Of a stretch of DNA of 64,000 nucleotides, positions 27,003 through 40,035 are shown piece after piece. A model generated the notes under the pieces. The model saw nothing but the letters and a program-made list of their open reading frames with translations. It had not been told where the DNA came from and made no database searches. Source of the DNA: Octopus sinensis (lineage: Eukaryota); NCBI RefSeq assembly GCF_006345805.1, contig NC_042999.1:58900001-58964000 (forward strand). The letters are read 5' to 3'. Position 1 is the first letter of the stretch. Each line of letters begins with the position of its first letter. Position numbers and translations under genes: made by a program.

Positions 27003-27220
27003 TGCTGCTACTGCTGTTGTTGTCGATGTTGTTGTTGTCGATATTGTTGTTGTTGTTGTTGTTGCTGTTGTTGCTGCTGCTGTTGTTGTTGTTGTTGTTG
27101 TTGTTTGTTGTTCTTCTTCTTCTTCTTCTTCTTCTTCTTCTTCTTCTTCTTCTTCTTCTTCTTCTTCTTCTTCTTCTTCTTCTGCTTCTTCGTCGTCCTC
27201 GTCGTTGACGTCTTCTTCTA
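27003..27220. repeat. Compound trinucleotide microsatellite (GTT/GCT)n-(CTT)n
   Basis: Directly visible. It explains the poly-R/N and poly-L pseudo-ORFs. Confidence 0.95.
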
Positions 27221-27229
27221 TTTATCACA

Positions 27230-27492
27230 GATTTCATAGGGTCCCTTTCGGCAAATTATAAGCTTTGATAATTGGATGTTAACTTCTTGCGGAAGACTCT
27301 CGACACCCAATCTCTAAATCCTCGGTGACCCAAATAGAGCAATTGCTTGGGCAAGCTCTGCTCTCATGTCAATCCCAATTACTCCGGCATATTTCTCGCA
27401 CCTGGTTGTTGGTGGTCCGAGTGCTCCTACAACTACTGGGATAACAGTTCCTCTCCCCGTTACCCACATCCTTGCAATTTCGTCCTTTACCT
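27230..27492 (-). pseudogene. R4/Dong-type LINE extreme 3' fragment
   Basis: Minus strand reads EIARMW..TVIPVVVGALG..EKY..AQAIALFGSPRI (end of the RLE domain). Bounded by (TAA)n on the 5' side. Confidence 0.7.
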
Positions 27493-27497
27493 ATTAC

Positions 27498-27561
<64 letters not shown>

Positions 27562-27584
27562 ACCATTATTATTATTATTATTAC

Positions 27585-28775
27585 TTTTTTTTTCTTCTTT
27601 CAAATTTTCTTCCATTTCTTGCCGAGTGTCTTCCCGACTCCTAGGGCAAAGAAACTCATAGTGTATATTGGTAGGCCATTAAACCAAACTCAGTAGTTCG
27701 TTAATTTTTTTTTTTTTTTTAAAGTTAAATTAAAATACATGAGCAGCAACAGTTCTCACATCGACAATGCTCTTCTCAATACGTGTGATGTACCAGTTAA
27801 GACAATCTTTTGCACTTCTTGCAGGGATGGTAAGCCAGGGATCATTCTCATATAATTTTCGGTTCCCTTCTTGATCATTCCTAGGCTCCTACGATCACTG
27901 GTATTGTAACAGCCTTGAGATGCCACATTTTCTCAATTCAATGTGTAGGTCTTTATATTTTCTGAGCTTGTCAAACTCTTTCGCTGAGATATTATGATCA
28001 CAGGGATGCTCATGTCGATCAATAAGCAAACTTTATTGTTTTGGTCTTTCACAACAATATCTGGTTATTGGCCTTGATGGTTCGGTCTGTATGTACTGGA
28101 AACTCCCACAGAATGGTTACATTTTCTCCTTCAGTTACAGCCTCAGGGTGGTGATTATACCACTTGTCGGCAGTTTTGATATTGTAATGCCGACTTATTA
28201 GCCAGTGGAGATATTGGCCAACTCTGTCATGTCTTAATTTATACTCCACTGGTGCTAAGACTTTACATCCAGAGATTAGGTGGTCCACTGTTTCAATCAT
28301 GTCGTTGCAGAATCGGCATTTTGGGTCTGCTCCATTTTTCATCACATGGGCCTGGTAGTTCCGGGTTAATAGGCTTTGGTCTTGAGCAGCCAGGATGAAA
28401 CCTTCGCTCTCTGCTTTTAGCCCTGAGCTCCGCAGCCACTGATGGGTTTGCTTCTGGTCAACATCAGCTTGTTTGCTGCGGGTCACATATTTGCCGTGCA
28501 GAGGTTTCTCCTCCCACCTATCAGCCAATTGCTCGTGCGCTTTTTTCATTGCCATCATTTTCACCTTCTTTGCAACAATAGTTGCCGTACTTCCCTCGGG
28601 TTGTTCAGTTTGGGTATCCTGCACGAGATCAATAGCAAATTTTTTGCTTTCCTTGATGATAGAATGAAGCTTCTTTCGTCTCTCGTGATTTTCCACGAGC
28701 TTTAGCATCCAGTCATTCGATATTTCAAGATATTTGGCCAGTCCAATTGTGGTTGTTTTGTAAGCTAGTTCAAAT
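27585..28775 (-). pseudogene. R4/Dong-clade LINE 3' portion (CCHC knuckle, RLE endonuclease, 3' UTR, (TAA)n tail)
   Basis: ORF 28049-28708: KPLHGKY..WLRSSGLKAESEGFILAAQDQSLLTRNY..CRFCNDMIETVDHLISGC..RHDRVG. It continues across frameshifts with PDIVV, LLIDMSIPCD, IPVIVGA-like motifs. Confidence 0.9.
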
Positions 28776-28795
28776 TTTATTATTATTATAAGCTA

Positions 28796-28827
<32 letters not shown>

Positions 28828-28834
28828 TGATGAA

Positions 28835-29315
28835 AGAGAGAGGAGTGCATGTCATCAAAGTGACACAGGGGTAAAATATACGAAGCCCGGCATACCCGTC
28901 ATGACTTTCCGTCTGATAAAGAACATGCATTACAACCATATGTGCACGACATGGTGATCTCATATCAAGACAAACAGCACATGAACTTCCAGGTGGCGCC
29001 CAGTTAGAATTTTCTTCAGTTTGTGTAGCCCCTCCCGCTCAAAAGGTCCCTGAATAAGGGTCATTTAAGGTTGTTGAGCGAAACACCCATGTCTGCAGAG
29101 ATGAATCATCCAAACACCGAAGAATTGCTCTCAACACATGGCTATGATGCTTGCCCATAACTTCTGCTCGTGATCAGAGATGTACATATCGTCAGCCACC
29201 AAGCGACAACAGGTTAAGGTTGACAAGCAAATCTGTGGTATTAAGCAAAATATTTGCTGTAGCCCATCTTTTATACCAAGACAAAACATGAGAGCCACTG
29301 CCTTGTACATTTAGT
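28835..29315 (-). mobile_element. Non-coding interspersed repeat flanked by (TAA)n (likely LINE 3' UTR or non-autonomous partner)
   Basis: A block of higher GC content between two TAA-type tracts, ending on the minus strand in ...CTCTCTCTTTCATCAGTAATAATAAT. Confidence 0.5.
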
Positions 29316-29788
29316 ATCATTATTGTCATTGTTATTATTATTATTATTATTGTTGCTGTTGTTGTTGTTGCTGCTGCTGCTGCTGCTGTTGTTGTTGTTG
29401 CTGTTAATATTATTAATATTATCCTGTAGAAACAGATCTATGATGAAAAGCATTCAATCCATGACCATCTGAAAGTATTTTCTTTTATTTTTATAAGATG
29501 TATGGATGCATTTTAAGACAGGCATGGCTTTTGCTTCTAGCAACATGTCTGGCACCCTCCTAATTCTTGACTCCTTGATAATTGCGAATAAACCTCTGAT
29601 AAGAACCTAATATTTTGAAATGAATAACTCACGTATATTTCAGGGTAATATTCGAATACTTATAAGCGTGGTACAATAGTAGCAAGTCGCAGTCAATTGA
29701 AACATTCCACAACATGATGTTTAATTGAGGAATCCTGCATAAATCGCTTAATGATGAATTCGGCATTAATCATTAATTTAAAGTAAAA

Positions 29789-29960
29789 TATTGGGTTGTC
29801 CGGAAAGTTCGTGCCGATTTATAGTAGCTTACCTTTCGACTTATTTTAGAACTTGGTTAAGACCATAAAATAGGATTTGACCACAGCTCCATTTAGAGAA
29901 AAGTTTGAGCTATCTTTTCTTGGAAGAAGGTTTATGTTCCTATAACATGTGTTGATCGGT
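29789..29960 (+). mobile_element. Mariner-like terminal fragment
   Basis: TA-TTGGGTTGTCCGGAAAGTTCGTGCCGATTT resembles a mariner TIR. No partner found. Confidence 0.5.
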
Positions 29961-31678
29961 GCCCAAATATTTCACGTATAGGAGTTTCGTCAAGTATCTC
30001 TTTTCCTCTATCAGATAAATCACACTGCAAGTTTTCTCTGCCCGATGGTTATATCAAAGAAGATAGAATGAATGACAATGCTGACAAGAGTGTTAACAGG
30101 CTTTTTCCCTCACCCTTCTATCACCAACTGTGTATAACATCATTCTTCTAATATAAAATATGGGGTTAATTTTTATAATTCTCTTTTTTATACGCAACAA
30201 GCACGTATGGAACATACTGTCAAAGAAATGAGATGTCTACTTCCTCTTTTCCCACAATAGATCGTAATTGATCTGTTCACCTATATGAGCTGTCATTTCT
30301 GCCTCTTCTGAAAACGAGGTGGTTTTTCTTTCTCAATATATATCAATCATTTGTGAGATTATTGTCGCTAAGTATTTTAAGAGAAAGGCATTCACGTGAG
30401 AGGTCCTGGTACTTTTTTCTGTAAATATAATTTAACATCAAATTTCTGTGTTTCCAATTGTCGCTTGTTTAAAACTGTGTCTCTTTCCTTCCAATTCAAA
30501 TAGCAAATATCTCTACATTTATAAACTACATCTATAAATCTATTGTGTCCAATAAAAACAATTCTTTCATGAAATAATATTAGAAGGTTAGTACGTAAAT
30601 GAAGGAATAAGCTACTTAAATTCAATCGAAGTCCTTGAAAATTTTACATTTCACATTCCAAACTTTTTCTTCGTTGTCACGTTTCTTTATGATTTAGTCC
30701 GCTTTACTTTCAGTACCCATAAATGAATGTATCCCCTCATGCAGGTCGAGATTAATTCCGCTTATACTCAACTTCAATATTTGTTCGAACCGATGTCAGT
30801 AGGAAAAATATTGCGGGACGAGAATACTTGAACATTAGTTCTAACAAGTAAATATCAGGATCAATAGATGGTACAGCACTTAGGCTCTGCGACTCGGTAA
30901 GTTGAGAAGATGAGGAGAGACGCATGTGTCTAGAAGGATATACTGCGTTTGCGGTATACACCTACCTATTGCAAAAGCGCGTAGGTCGTTGTTTTGAAGA
31001 GAGAATTCGCAGAGAAATAAAACAACACGTCTACGAATAAGTGATAATCGGTGAAATGACTTATTTTGGATGAAGTCCGAGATGTTTATCTGCGCTGTTT
31101 CTTTGATCAATTCATCACTCTATAGTTTGGGGTGCGATCCAAATATTTTTTTCACGTCTAGACTGAATATGTCTGTATATTACGTATCTAGAACCACGGA
31201 AATTTAAGCTCACGAAACACGTCTTTAAGCACAAGATAAATAACGAGTAAGTTAATGACGGTCCATCATTTCTGCCAAATGTCAAATCAACTCATCAATC
31301 ATGCAACCTAAATATTTGAAACCGTATAGCCGAGGGAAAGTAACTGAGAGAAGTGTTTTTTGCGTGTTAAATATACATATGATAGGGTCTCACATGTGTA
31401 ACGTTTTAAAAGATGTATTTATTTTTTTTAAAATGAGTTTTGTCGACAACTTACTAGAGTAAAACTAAGCATAGCTTTTAAATAAACTTTATTTATAAAA
31501 TACTAGGAGTTATTTTGCCTTAATTGCTGGACTGTTTGTAAATCGTCTGAATTGGTAACAAATGGAGAGGGAGAGAGGAGACTGAGAGGGAGAGAGGGAG
31601 ACAGTTGATGTTAACTGGTTAATCTATTTTAAATACTAGGAGTTTACTTGAGTAACAAACAGCATCAGACTCTATATA

Positions 31679-31912
31679 TATTTCTTTACTATCCACAAGT
31701 GGCTAAACACAGAGGGGACAAACAAAGACAAACAAACGGATTAATTCGATTATTACGACCCCAGTGCGTAACTGGTACTTAATTTATCGACCCCGAAAGG
31801 ATGAAAAGCAAAGTCGACCTCGGCGGAATTTGAACGCAGAACGTAGCGGCAGACGAAATACGGCTACGCATTTCGCCTGGCGTGCTAACGTTTCTGCCAG
31901 CTCGCCGCCTAA
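31679..31912 (-). mobile_element. Group C SINE monomer with 16-bp target-site duplication
   Basis: CATCAGACTCTATATA at 31663-31678 and 31913-31928 flanks a complete copy. Confidence 0.9.
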
Positions 31913-32976
31913 CATCAGACTCTATATAACAAACTTCGAACCAACAGGGAGGCTCTTTACGAAGTAGCTCGATCTGCTAGAAATGGCAGTCATATGTCTC
32001 CATATTTAGAGCGTAACATAGAAAAATTAACGTAGACGGTTAATTTTGTAATATATACTCTTAAAGGACGGGGTGAATATAGTTGGATTGTCTTTCATGT
32101 GATCGATTAGCGTTGTCCTAGGTCTTAGTAACAAAAACAACAACAACAACAACAAAAACGATATCAGCAACGTACATACGATTTTATACGAATGAAAACT
32201 TTAAAAGTTAATCTAAATTGGAAAGTTTTCATTAGAACATTTAATCGTTCTGGCTACGTTCCTTCACTTGTGTTACAGCATCAATAAAGAAACTTCACCT
32301 CCGTTCAGAGATGACGACTGCTTGATAAAATTCAACGGTTACTTAATATAAATTCCACCTGTCTGTTGCTAAAAGAAAGACGATTAATTTATAAACTAAT
32401 TTTATAATCTATAAAACGTTTTCGATCTAATTTGATAACTGAAGAAATTGGATTGAGAATTCTTGTTATTAGCCCAAAATTTTCGACCGAAAATAGCTTC
32501 ATATGCGGTGTAAACATCAAACATATTTAGTTACTTAGGAGTTTAAATCGAGTTGGCAGCTGACAGAGGGCAAAAGCCTCTAAATCCATGATACAGAACT
32601 ACTTTAAAAGAATTATCGTGCCAAAGGGTTTCTAAATATATGATGCGTTTTGTCAAGTTGATTTTTCTTGTTGTTCTTCTTGAATTTTTTTTTATAGCAC
32701 TGAGTAATTTGTTTTACAAAGAAATCCTTATTTTTTATTTATATATATATATATATTTTTTGTTTCAATTGAAGAAAAATTTGACATAAATCATTTATTG
32801 TAATTACCTCAGTTTTTAGAAATCTGTTAGGAATTAAGTAAAATGTTTATGTTACAATAAGTTGTCAGGTAATTTTAGTTTGATTTTTTCTTTCTTTTTG
32901 TTTTAGTTCTTCCCAGAGATGCTACAACAATAAGATTAAAACGTTTGCTAAATAAACATATACATACATACATACA

Positions 32977-33007
<31 letters not shown>

Positions 33008-33122
33008 GTATGTCCGTGTGTGTATGTATTTCTGTATATTTGTATATATATATATATATACACACATATATATATATGTGTGTGTGTGTGTGTATGTATG
33101 TATATATATATGCATATATATG

Positions 33123-33170
<48 letters not shown>

Positions 33171-34179
33171 TATATATATGTATGTGTGTATATATGTATA
33201 TATTTATATATATATGAATATATATACATATTTATATATATATGTATGTGTGTATATATATATATTTATATATATATATATATTTATATATAAATATATG
33301 TACATATTTATATATATATGTGTGTGTGTATGTATGTATATGTGTGTGTGTTTGTGTTTGTGTGTGTACGTTTCCACATTATATATATATATATATTTAT
33401 GCATGCATGCATATATATTAATGTATGTATATGCCTATGAAAATCTTACTGATATGTACGTGTGTGAAAATAACAAGCAACGCCATTTTTTTTTAAAAAA
33501 GAAACACGTGTTAAATGTGTCTTAACGTATGTTAAGCGTCAGTATGTCAGTAAAAGTGACAGTGTATGTAACAATAGCCATGCACTACAATAATCTCAAG
33601 TAGTGGTTCTGAACTAATTTTGTGCAAAAACATTTTTTTTTTCCATTTTCTAATATCAGCAAAACTTCTACGAATGAAATAAGCGTTTTTCTCCTCTGGC
33701 TTAATCTGTTTTAGCCTTCCATTTAAAACAAGTCGCTAGGGGTTCAACTTAAGTTCAAATAAAGCCACACATGTACGTTAAGGGCCACTTTATGAAACTT
33801 TGGTCTAAAAGTAAAACCCGTGAGATTGTTTTATCTATCATAAACTGAAAACCACTACAAGTCTAATAGACTGGGTAATAGATAACTGATTAACCCCTCT
33901 ATCAACAATTCTTAAGGCACACATTAGATTACGTAAGGCCCACATAATTATAATGTGAACACAAACTAAAAGCCTCGTAATAAACCCACCACCTAAAACA
34001 TAATGTCTTAGAAAAACATGTCGTACGTACGTTCAAGCATCCCAGAAAATTTCCGTTCCAATTATTTCCGTCACTTCCGCATACATGAGAAATTCAACGC
34101 ACGGAGTATTTCAATTCTCCCTCGATAAAAGGGTCGGAATTGAAAGCATCGAGCAATATCATAACAGTAACTTCTTTTA

Positions 34180-34320
34180 TACAGTTCTATATTTAAGAGA
34201 TGAGGAATTATTTGCATTATTTACATTATTTACATTCGACGGATATTTGTCCTCATCTTGCTTTGTTGTTAACACAACGTTTCGGCTGATGTACGCTCCA
34301 GCCTTCTTCAAGTGTCTTGT
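34180..34320 (-). mobile_element. PLE-like terminal fragment carrying a minimal hammerhead (34271-34316)
   Basis: GACAC-UUGAAGA-A-GGCUG(10 nt)CAGCC-GAAAC-GU-U-GUGUU. Homologue at 36555-36690. Confidence 0.65.
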
Positions 34321-34940
34321 GTGTGTGTATGTCTAAACATAGAGAGATGAAAACATAGAGTGATAAGTAAATAGATAGAGAGTTAGATACACACATACCT
34401 ATATACATACATACACACGATTTTACGTCTTCAAACTCACTAGTCATTGGTGGGCGCTGGTATATCGTAGAAGACATAACGGTCTAAGGAGCTGCGCAGC
34501 AAAGCAAATGTTATAATTGATGGCTGTTTCATTAGTACGAATTGCTTGATTTGGCCGCCATTCCTAACTGGTTGTGCTACCACTTTGACTCCTCGTTCGA
34601 TTACTTCCCTCATAGATATCATACTTGTATAGGGATGTGTTCCATTATTCTGGTTTACGTGCAACACTAAGACAAATTCAGTGATACCTCCTCTCCATAT
34701 TGGTACCATTATTCACTCCACAGCACACCCAATTTGGCTATTAGTATCATTCTAAATACTCCAGTTTCCTTAAACCAGGAAGTAAATTGCATAGATATCA
34801 CATGCTCTCACGAGTTCTATCGCAACTGTGAAATAATTGAAGTTTCAGAACTTTTATTGCACTTTCATTTTTTGAATCAGCAGCATACTTCGTAATTATT
34901 TTTTGTGACCCCGTTCGGTAGACACTGACCATGGACTTGC

Positions 34941-35032
34941 ACCAAGAACATAACACGGAGCCCGGTCCGGGATTCGAGCTCACAACCTCACGATCGTAAG
35001 CTCGACGCTCTAACCACTGAGCCACGCGCCTT
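34941..35032 (-). mobile_element. Group A SINE head only
   Basis: GGCGCGTGGCTCAGTGGTTAGAGCGTCGAGCTTACGATCGTGAGG...GTTCGAATCCCGG. Confidence 0.8.
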
Positions 35033-35364
35033 ACTATTTTTATTGCATAATTATTTGTTACTGATTATTTGTCGTGCTATCTATTTACTAGGAAAGAGAA
35101 AATGCAATAGAACCAAATAAAATATAGTCAATTGTTTAGTGTCTTTCTGCTGCCTAATTTATGCATCAAATAAAAATTGTACTGTGTTAGAATTATGGTA
35201 GGCATAAAAAAACATACAAACAGTATTATATTCATTTTTACTTAATTATAATTTTTAAATAAGAGTCAGAATAATATTATTAGGTGTCAAAATTTTTCGT
35301 CGTACATTTAACGACTACATACTCACCGGTATAACTGGCGTTATTTCATTGAATCAAAGTCAGT

Positions 35365-35990
35365 GAGCTGGCATGGCATAATCGCTATCGCGCCGGTCAA
35401 TGTGCTTGGCGGCATTTCGCCCGTCTTTATGTCCCGAGTTTAAAATTCCACCGAGGTGGACTTTGACTTTCGTCCTTTAGGGGGTCAATGAAATAAGTAC
35501 CAGTCAACCACTCGGGTGAGTGTAATCGACTTAACCCTCCCATCAAAAAGTGATAGCACTGTACCACCAAAATTTGAAACCTTAAAATGGTGACAAAATG
35601 CTTAGCGGCATTTCGTCTGTCTTTATGGTCAGAGTTCAAATTCTGCTGAGATCGACTATCTCTTGCATCCTTTCGGGGTCGATAGAATAAGGTCCAGTTG
35701 AGCACTGGGGTAAATGAAATTCACCAGTCCCTCCCCCGAAATTTGAGGCCTTGTGCTTACAGTAGAAAGGATTATTTCATTGAAACAGCGGTGAGCTGGC
35801 AGGATCGCTATCACACTAAGACAAACTATTTAGCGGCATTTCGCCCGTCTTTACGTTCTGAGTTCAAATGCCGCCGAGGAAGCCCTTGACTTTTATCCTT
35901 TCAGATTCGATGAAATAAGTACCAGTTGAGCACCGGTGTTAATTTAATCAACTTTCTGAAGTTCTTGGCTTGGTGACAAAATTTGAACCA
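35365..35990 (+). mobile_element. Three consecutive diverged group C SINE copies
   Basis: GCGGCATTTCG.CCGTCTTTA...GAGTTCAAA...GAGG...TCCTTT..GGGGTC repeated three times. Confidence 0.7.
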
Positions 35991-36012
35991 TTATTTCTTT
36001 GAATCATTGAAT

Positions 36013-36107
<95 letters not shown>

Positions 36108-36146
36108 AGCACACACATGAACACACACACATACATCATACATACA

Positions 36147-36195
<49 letters not shown>

Positions 36196-36293
36196 GTCTA
36201 TCTATCTACACATACATACAATTATGCACAATGGACTCCCACACATTTTCCCCTACAGAATCCATTCATAAGGCTTTATTCACTCGGAACAAC

Positions 36294-36428
36294 ACTAGTG
36301 CTCAAGGTGCCGCAAACTGTACAAGTGCTCAAGGTGCCAGGAACTACTGTAGTGCTCAAGGTGCCGTGAACTCTACTAGTGATCAAGGTGTCACGAACTA
36401 TACAAATGCTCAAATTGCTGCGAAGTAG
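36294..36428 (+). repeat. 27-bp x5 minisatellite inside a decayed group B SINE
   Basis: Units of AGTGCTCAAGGTGCC..AACT. The flanks match the SINE (TCCATTCATAAGGCTTT; ACTGAATCCAGG). Confidence 0.85.
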
Positions 36429-36554
36429 TACTGAATCCAGGCTTAAACGATTGGCAAGCAAACTTCTCACCCACACATCTGAGCCTGCGACTATGAAACC
36501 CTGATCATCACGACATCTTTACAGGAACAGCCCATCATGGACTACAGGGCACAT

Positions 36555-36690
36555 TCAGTTCTATATTTAAAAGATGAGAAATTATGTAAAATTATTGCAG
36601 TATTTACACTCGACGGATATTTGTCCTAATCTTGTTTGTTGTTAAAACAACTTTTCGGCTGATATACCCTCCAGCCTTCATCAGGTGTCT
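36555..36690 (-). mobile_element. PLE-like terminal fragment with minimal hammerhead (36644-36689)
   Basis: GACAC-CUGAUGA-A-GGCUG(10 nt)CAGCC-GAAA. Homologous to 34180-34320. Confidence 0.65.
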
Positions 36691-37059
36691 CCAGCCCTCA
36701 TTCATCTTTTTTAGAGATGACACTCTATTCGAACCTTATGAAGAAAATCTATGATCAAAGGCTCTTTAACCATGACTATACAATATTTTTAAGGCCTCTA
36801 GGGTCATATTATTTAGCCCTTTCCTTCTATTTTGCTTTAAGACGTTAAAATATGGCTTAAGAGGCATTAGGATTATATTTCTTGGTTACAACATTGGCTC
36901 CTCAACTAAAATGTTTTTCCAAATAGGTCCTGCGTTGTTTGAGTGGAAGCAAATTTCCGGTTTAATGCCAATACTAATTGCTGGCAGATTTCTGAGTCTC
37001 TCTGGAATGTTAATGTTCTCTGTATAGTGAATTTCTGAATTGTTTGTAAAACGTTGCAG

Positions 37060-37553
37060 AGAAAATGAGAGGGTGAGCGAGAGAGGGAGAGATAATGAGC
37101 GAAAGAAGAGCACATCAGAAATAGACGGAAAGAATGAGAGGGAGAGAGAGAGAGAGAGAGAGAGAGACAAAATGAAAGAGAGAGCGAATGAGGGAAAGAG
37201 AGAAAGAGCAAGAGAAACAGAGAGAGAGATGGAGAGAGATAATGAGAGGCAGAGGAGTACATAAGAAATGAAGAAAAACAGGAGAAAGGAAGAGCGAAAG
37301 ACGGAAAGAGAAAGAGAGAGAGAGAGAATGAGAGGAGCACATGATAAATAAACGTAAAGTAGAAGTGTGTGTGTGAGAGAGAAAGAGAGAGCGAACGAGG
37401 GAAAGAGAGAAAGATAAAGAGATAGATAGATGGAAAGGTAGATGGAGAGAGAGACGGAGAAAGAGATAATGAGAGAAAGTGGAGCACATGAGAAATGAAC
37501 AAAAATTGGGAGAAAGAGAGAGAGCGAACGAGGGAAAGGGAGAGAGTAAGAGA

Positions 37554-37602
<49 letters not shown>

Positions 37603-37870
37603 AAGTAAGATAAGTAGTGAAAAAATAGGTTGTTGAGTTATCGTGATGAATACTTCTGGGATATTTTTGAAAGAGTAAAAGAAACCGAGTAACGAAAGGA
37701 AAAAAAAAATAAACGAAGAAAAACCAACATTCTTTCAAAAATGAAGCAAAACAATATGGAATGAATGAATGGTAACGCAAAGAAAAGGAAAGAAGAAGCT
37801 ACGAGAACGGTAGAGGGAGAGAGAAAAGACAGTGACACGAGTGGAGGAGAGTAAGAGGAGGGAGGGTACT
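37060..37870 (+). repeat. Polypurine (GA-rich) low-complexity tract with degenerate higher-order units
   Basis: GATAATGAG...GAGCACAT.AGAAAT about four times, GAGAGCGAA.GAGGGAAAG three times, plus (GA)n runs. Confidence 0.85.
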
Positions 37871-39009
37871 GCAATTATGATGGATGGTTCCATAAATGCT
37901 TTGGAGAAAGTCTCAAATTCCTTTAAGGAGCAATTCTTTTTTTTTGAAACGGGGTGGGAGTAACGAATAGCTTTCCGTTATTTGTTCTGACAAGTGGCGA
38001 TAACGTTATATCGGGGATTCTCCGTCGGTTTCGACATTGAGCATTCACTTCCATTCAGTTGCTACCAAACGTATGAGAACGCCATAGAATCGTGTACCCT
38101 AGGCGCAATTCTCATACTGAACCACTGTGTTAAGGGAAGACCACTGAATTACAAATACGATCCAGAGACGAAGAAAGGCGGCCTAAGAATCGATCTCAGC
38201 ACTGCACTGTTTCTTATCGAATTTTTTTTTCAATCGAGCATGAAATGCTGAAAAGCTAAGTTGATAGCGACGAAATTTGAACTCGAAGACCAACCAGAGA
38301 AGCAGAGCGAATACGACAATGCGTTTTAACCGTCGCGCTGACGACCCTGCTAATTTGACACTTTCTTGGCTATGTGAAGCCATGCCTGAGTAAGAAGGTC
38401 CCATTTCAGTGAGTGTGGAAGCCGTTTCATTTTTGATAATAGCTATAGGGAACAAGAATAGAATCTGTTCTCAACCTCCAAACTGCAATACTACCTCTTC
38501 ATGAATTCTTGCCAAGGTCCCAGAAGATGAAATTTCTGAGGTTTTACGAATTTTTTCTAACGCCACTTTTATCGTAAATTCTTTCTAACTTTGAAAGAAG
38601 GCCAGCAAGTCTGAGGTTGAGGGAGCAAGTCGCCTACATCGATCCCAGTTGTCGACAGGTACTTATTTCATATCATCTCCGAAAGGATGAAAAGTAAAGT
38701 CGCCGTCGGAGGATCTCGAACCCAGAACGTAAAACGCCGGAAGATATGCCTCAACTTTATATCGTCCGACGTGCTAACGATACTGCCAGCTCACAATCTT
38801 TTTTATTCCGTTAATTACAACCAAATGAGCTAGCCTCTAATTTGTACCTCCACCAGCCACCAAATATTCCCAAACCCCAACATGTCGTTTAAAAAGGGAA
38901 GGATGCAGTTGATAACGTGACCCAAGAGAAAAGAGACGTGAAGGTCACGGCTGGAATATAGTTGACCATATGTCTACTCAAGCAGAACTGACTTGGAGCG
39001 GAATAACAA

Positions 39010-39248
39010 CTATCTCTTTCATATTTTCTCCTTTTCTCTTCCCTTTTCCGTTCATCTTATCACTTCTCCATCTTTCACTGTATAAATCTAGCCTTTTCTA
39101 TCTCTCATCATTTCGTTCTCATCCGCTTCGTCTTTGCATCTCTTTGTTCTCCGTCTCCCATCTATTCCCATTTTTGTTTCTCGCAAAACTTCTGACTTTA
39201 TATTTCTTTCAAACGCACACACTCATTTATCCTTATAACATATTTCTG

Positions 39249-39286
<38 letters not shown>

Positions 39287-39467
39287 CCTATTTTGTTCAT
39301 TCTCTCCTTCTCTCTTTTTATTTCTCTCTCACTCCTTGCCTCTCATTTACTCTCATTCTCTATCATTTTCTTCCGCATACTCTTCTTTGCCTTTGTTTTC
39401 TTTCTTACCCATTCTTATATTTTACATATTTAGCTTCTCTTTCTATGTGCGCGTGTGTGTGTCTGTC

Positions 39468-39558
<91 letters not shown>

Positions 39559-40035
39559 TCTGTTATCGTAGACATATACACACTTACAAACACACACATA
39601 CTTTGCGGATATACGTACATACATGCATAGATACATACACAAACATACATACATACATACATATGTATACACACACATACATACAGACAGACAGACACAC
39701 ATTCAAGCAGACAACAAGACAAGCAGGCATTCAGGTAAAGAGAACTTCCACTTTGTACTTGTCTCCATTTTCGATTTCCTTCATGAATTCCTCTTTCTTC
39801 TAATGTTAAGTAACTCTTTCATTCCCCTTTCCCCTTTAAGTAACAAACTCTTTTATCTCATCTTCCGCCTCTCTCTTTTCCTCTGAACTATGAATTATCT
39901 TTCCTTGCCTCTGTGTTTCTCCACCTCACTTTTTCTCTACCTCTCACAATCTCTATTTCCTTTCCGTTTTTCCCCTTCTTTCTCTCTCTCTCTCTCTTTC
40001 TCTCACCGTATTTTCTTCTTCCTCTCTCCCCTATC
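39010..40035 (+). repeat. Polypyrimidine (CT-rich) low-complexity tract with (CT)n, (TCTG)n, (CATA)n
   Basis: Directly visible. The 277-aa ORF here is a compositional artefact. Confidence 0.85.

Noticed and set aside
26932-27696. Poly-R/N/L/I/Y ORFs
   Set aside because: Translations of trinucleotide microsatellites.
29960-30400. Minus-strand VFRRGRN, FFDSMFH and VKYLG, suggestive of an old LINE RT
   Set aside because: Motifs are in different frames, spacing is too short and there is no YxDD.
32875-33525. Overlapping 90-170 aa ORFs (likewise 19079-19490 and 47644-48212)
   Set aside because: Stop-free (TA)n/(TG)n/(TATG)n repeats, not genes.
34941-35032. tRNA-like sequence as a real tRNA gene
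   Set aside because: Nearly identical to the SINE head at 660-748 and continues into SINE body; no acceptor-stem closure.
36294-36428. CRISPR-like array
   Set aside because: Contiguous 27-bp units without unique spacers, eukaryotic context, no cas genes.
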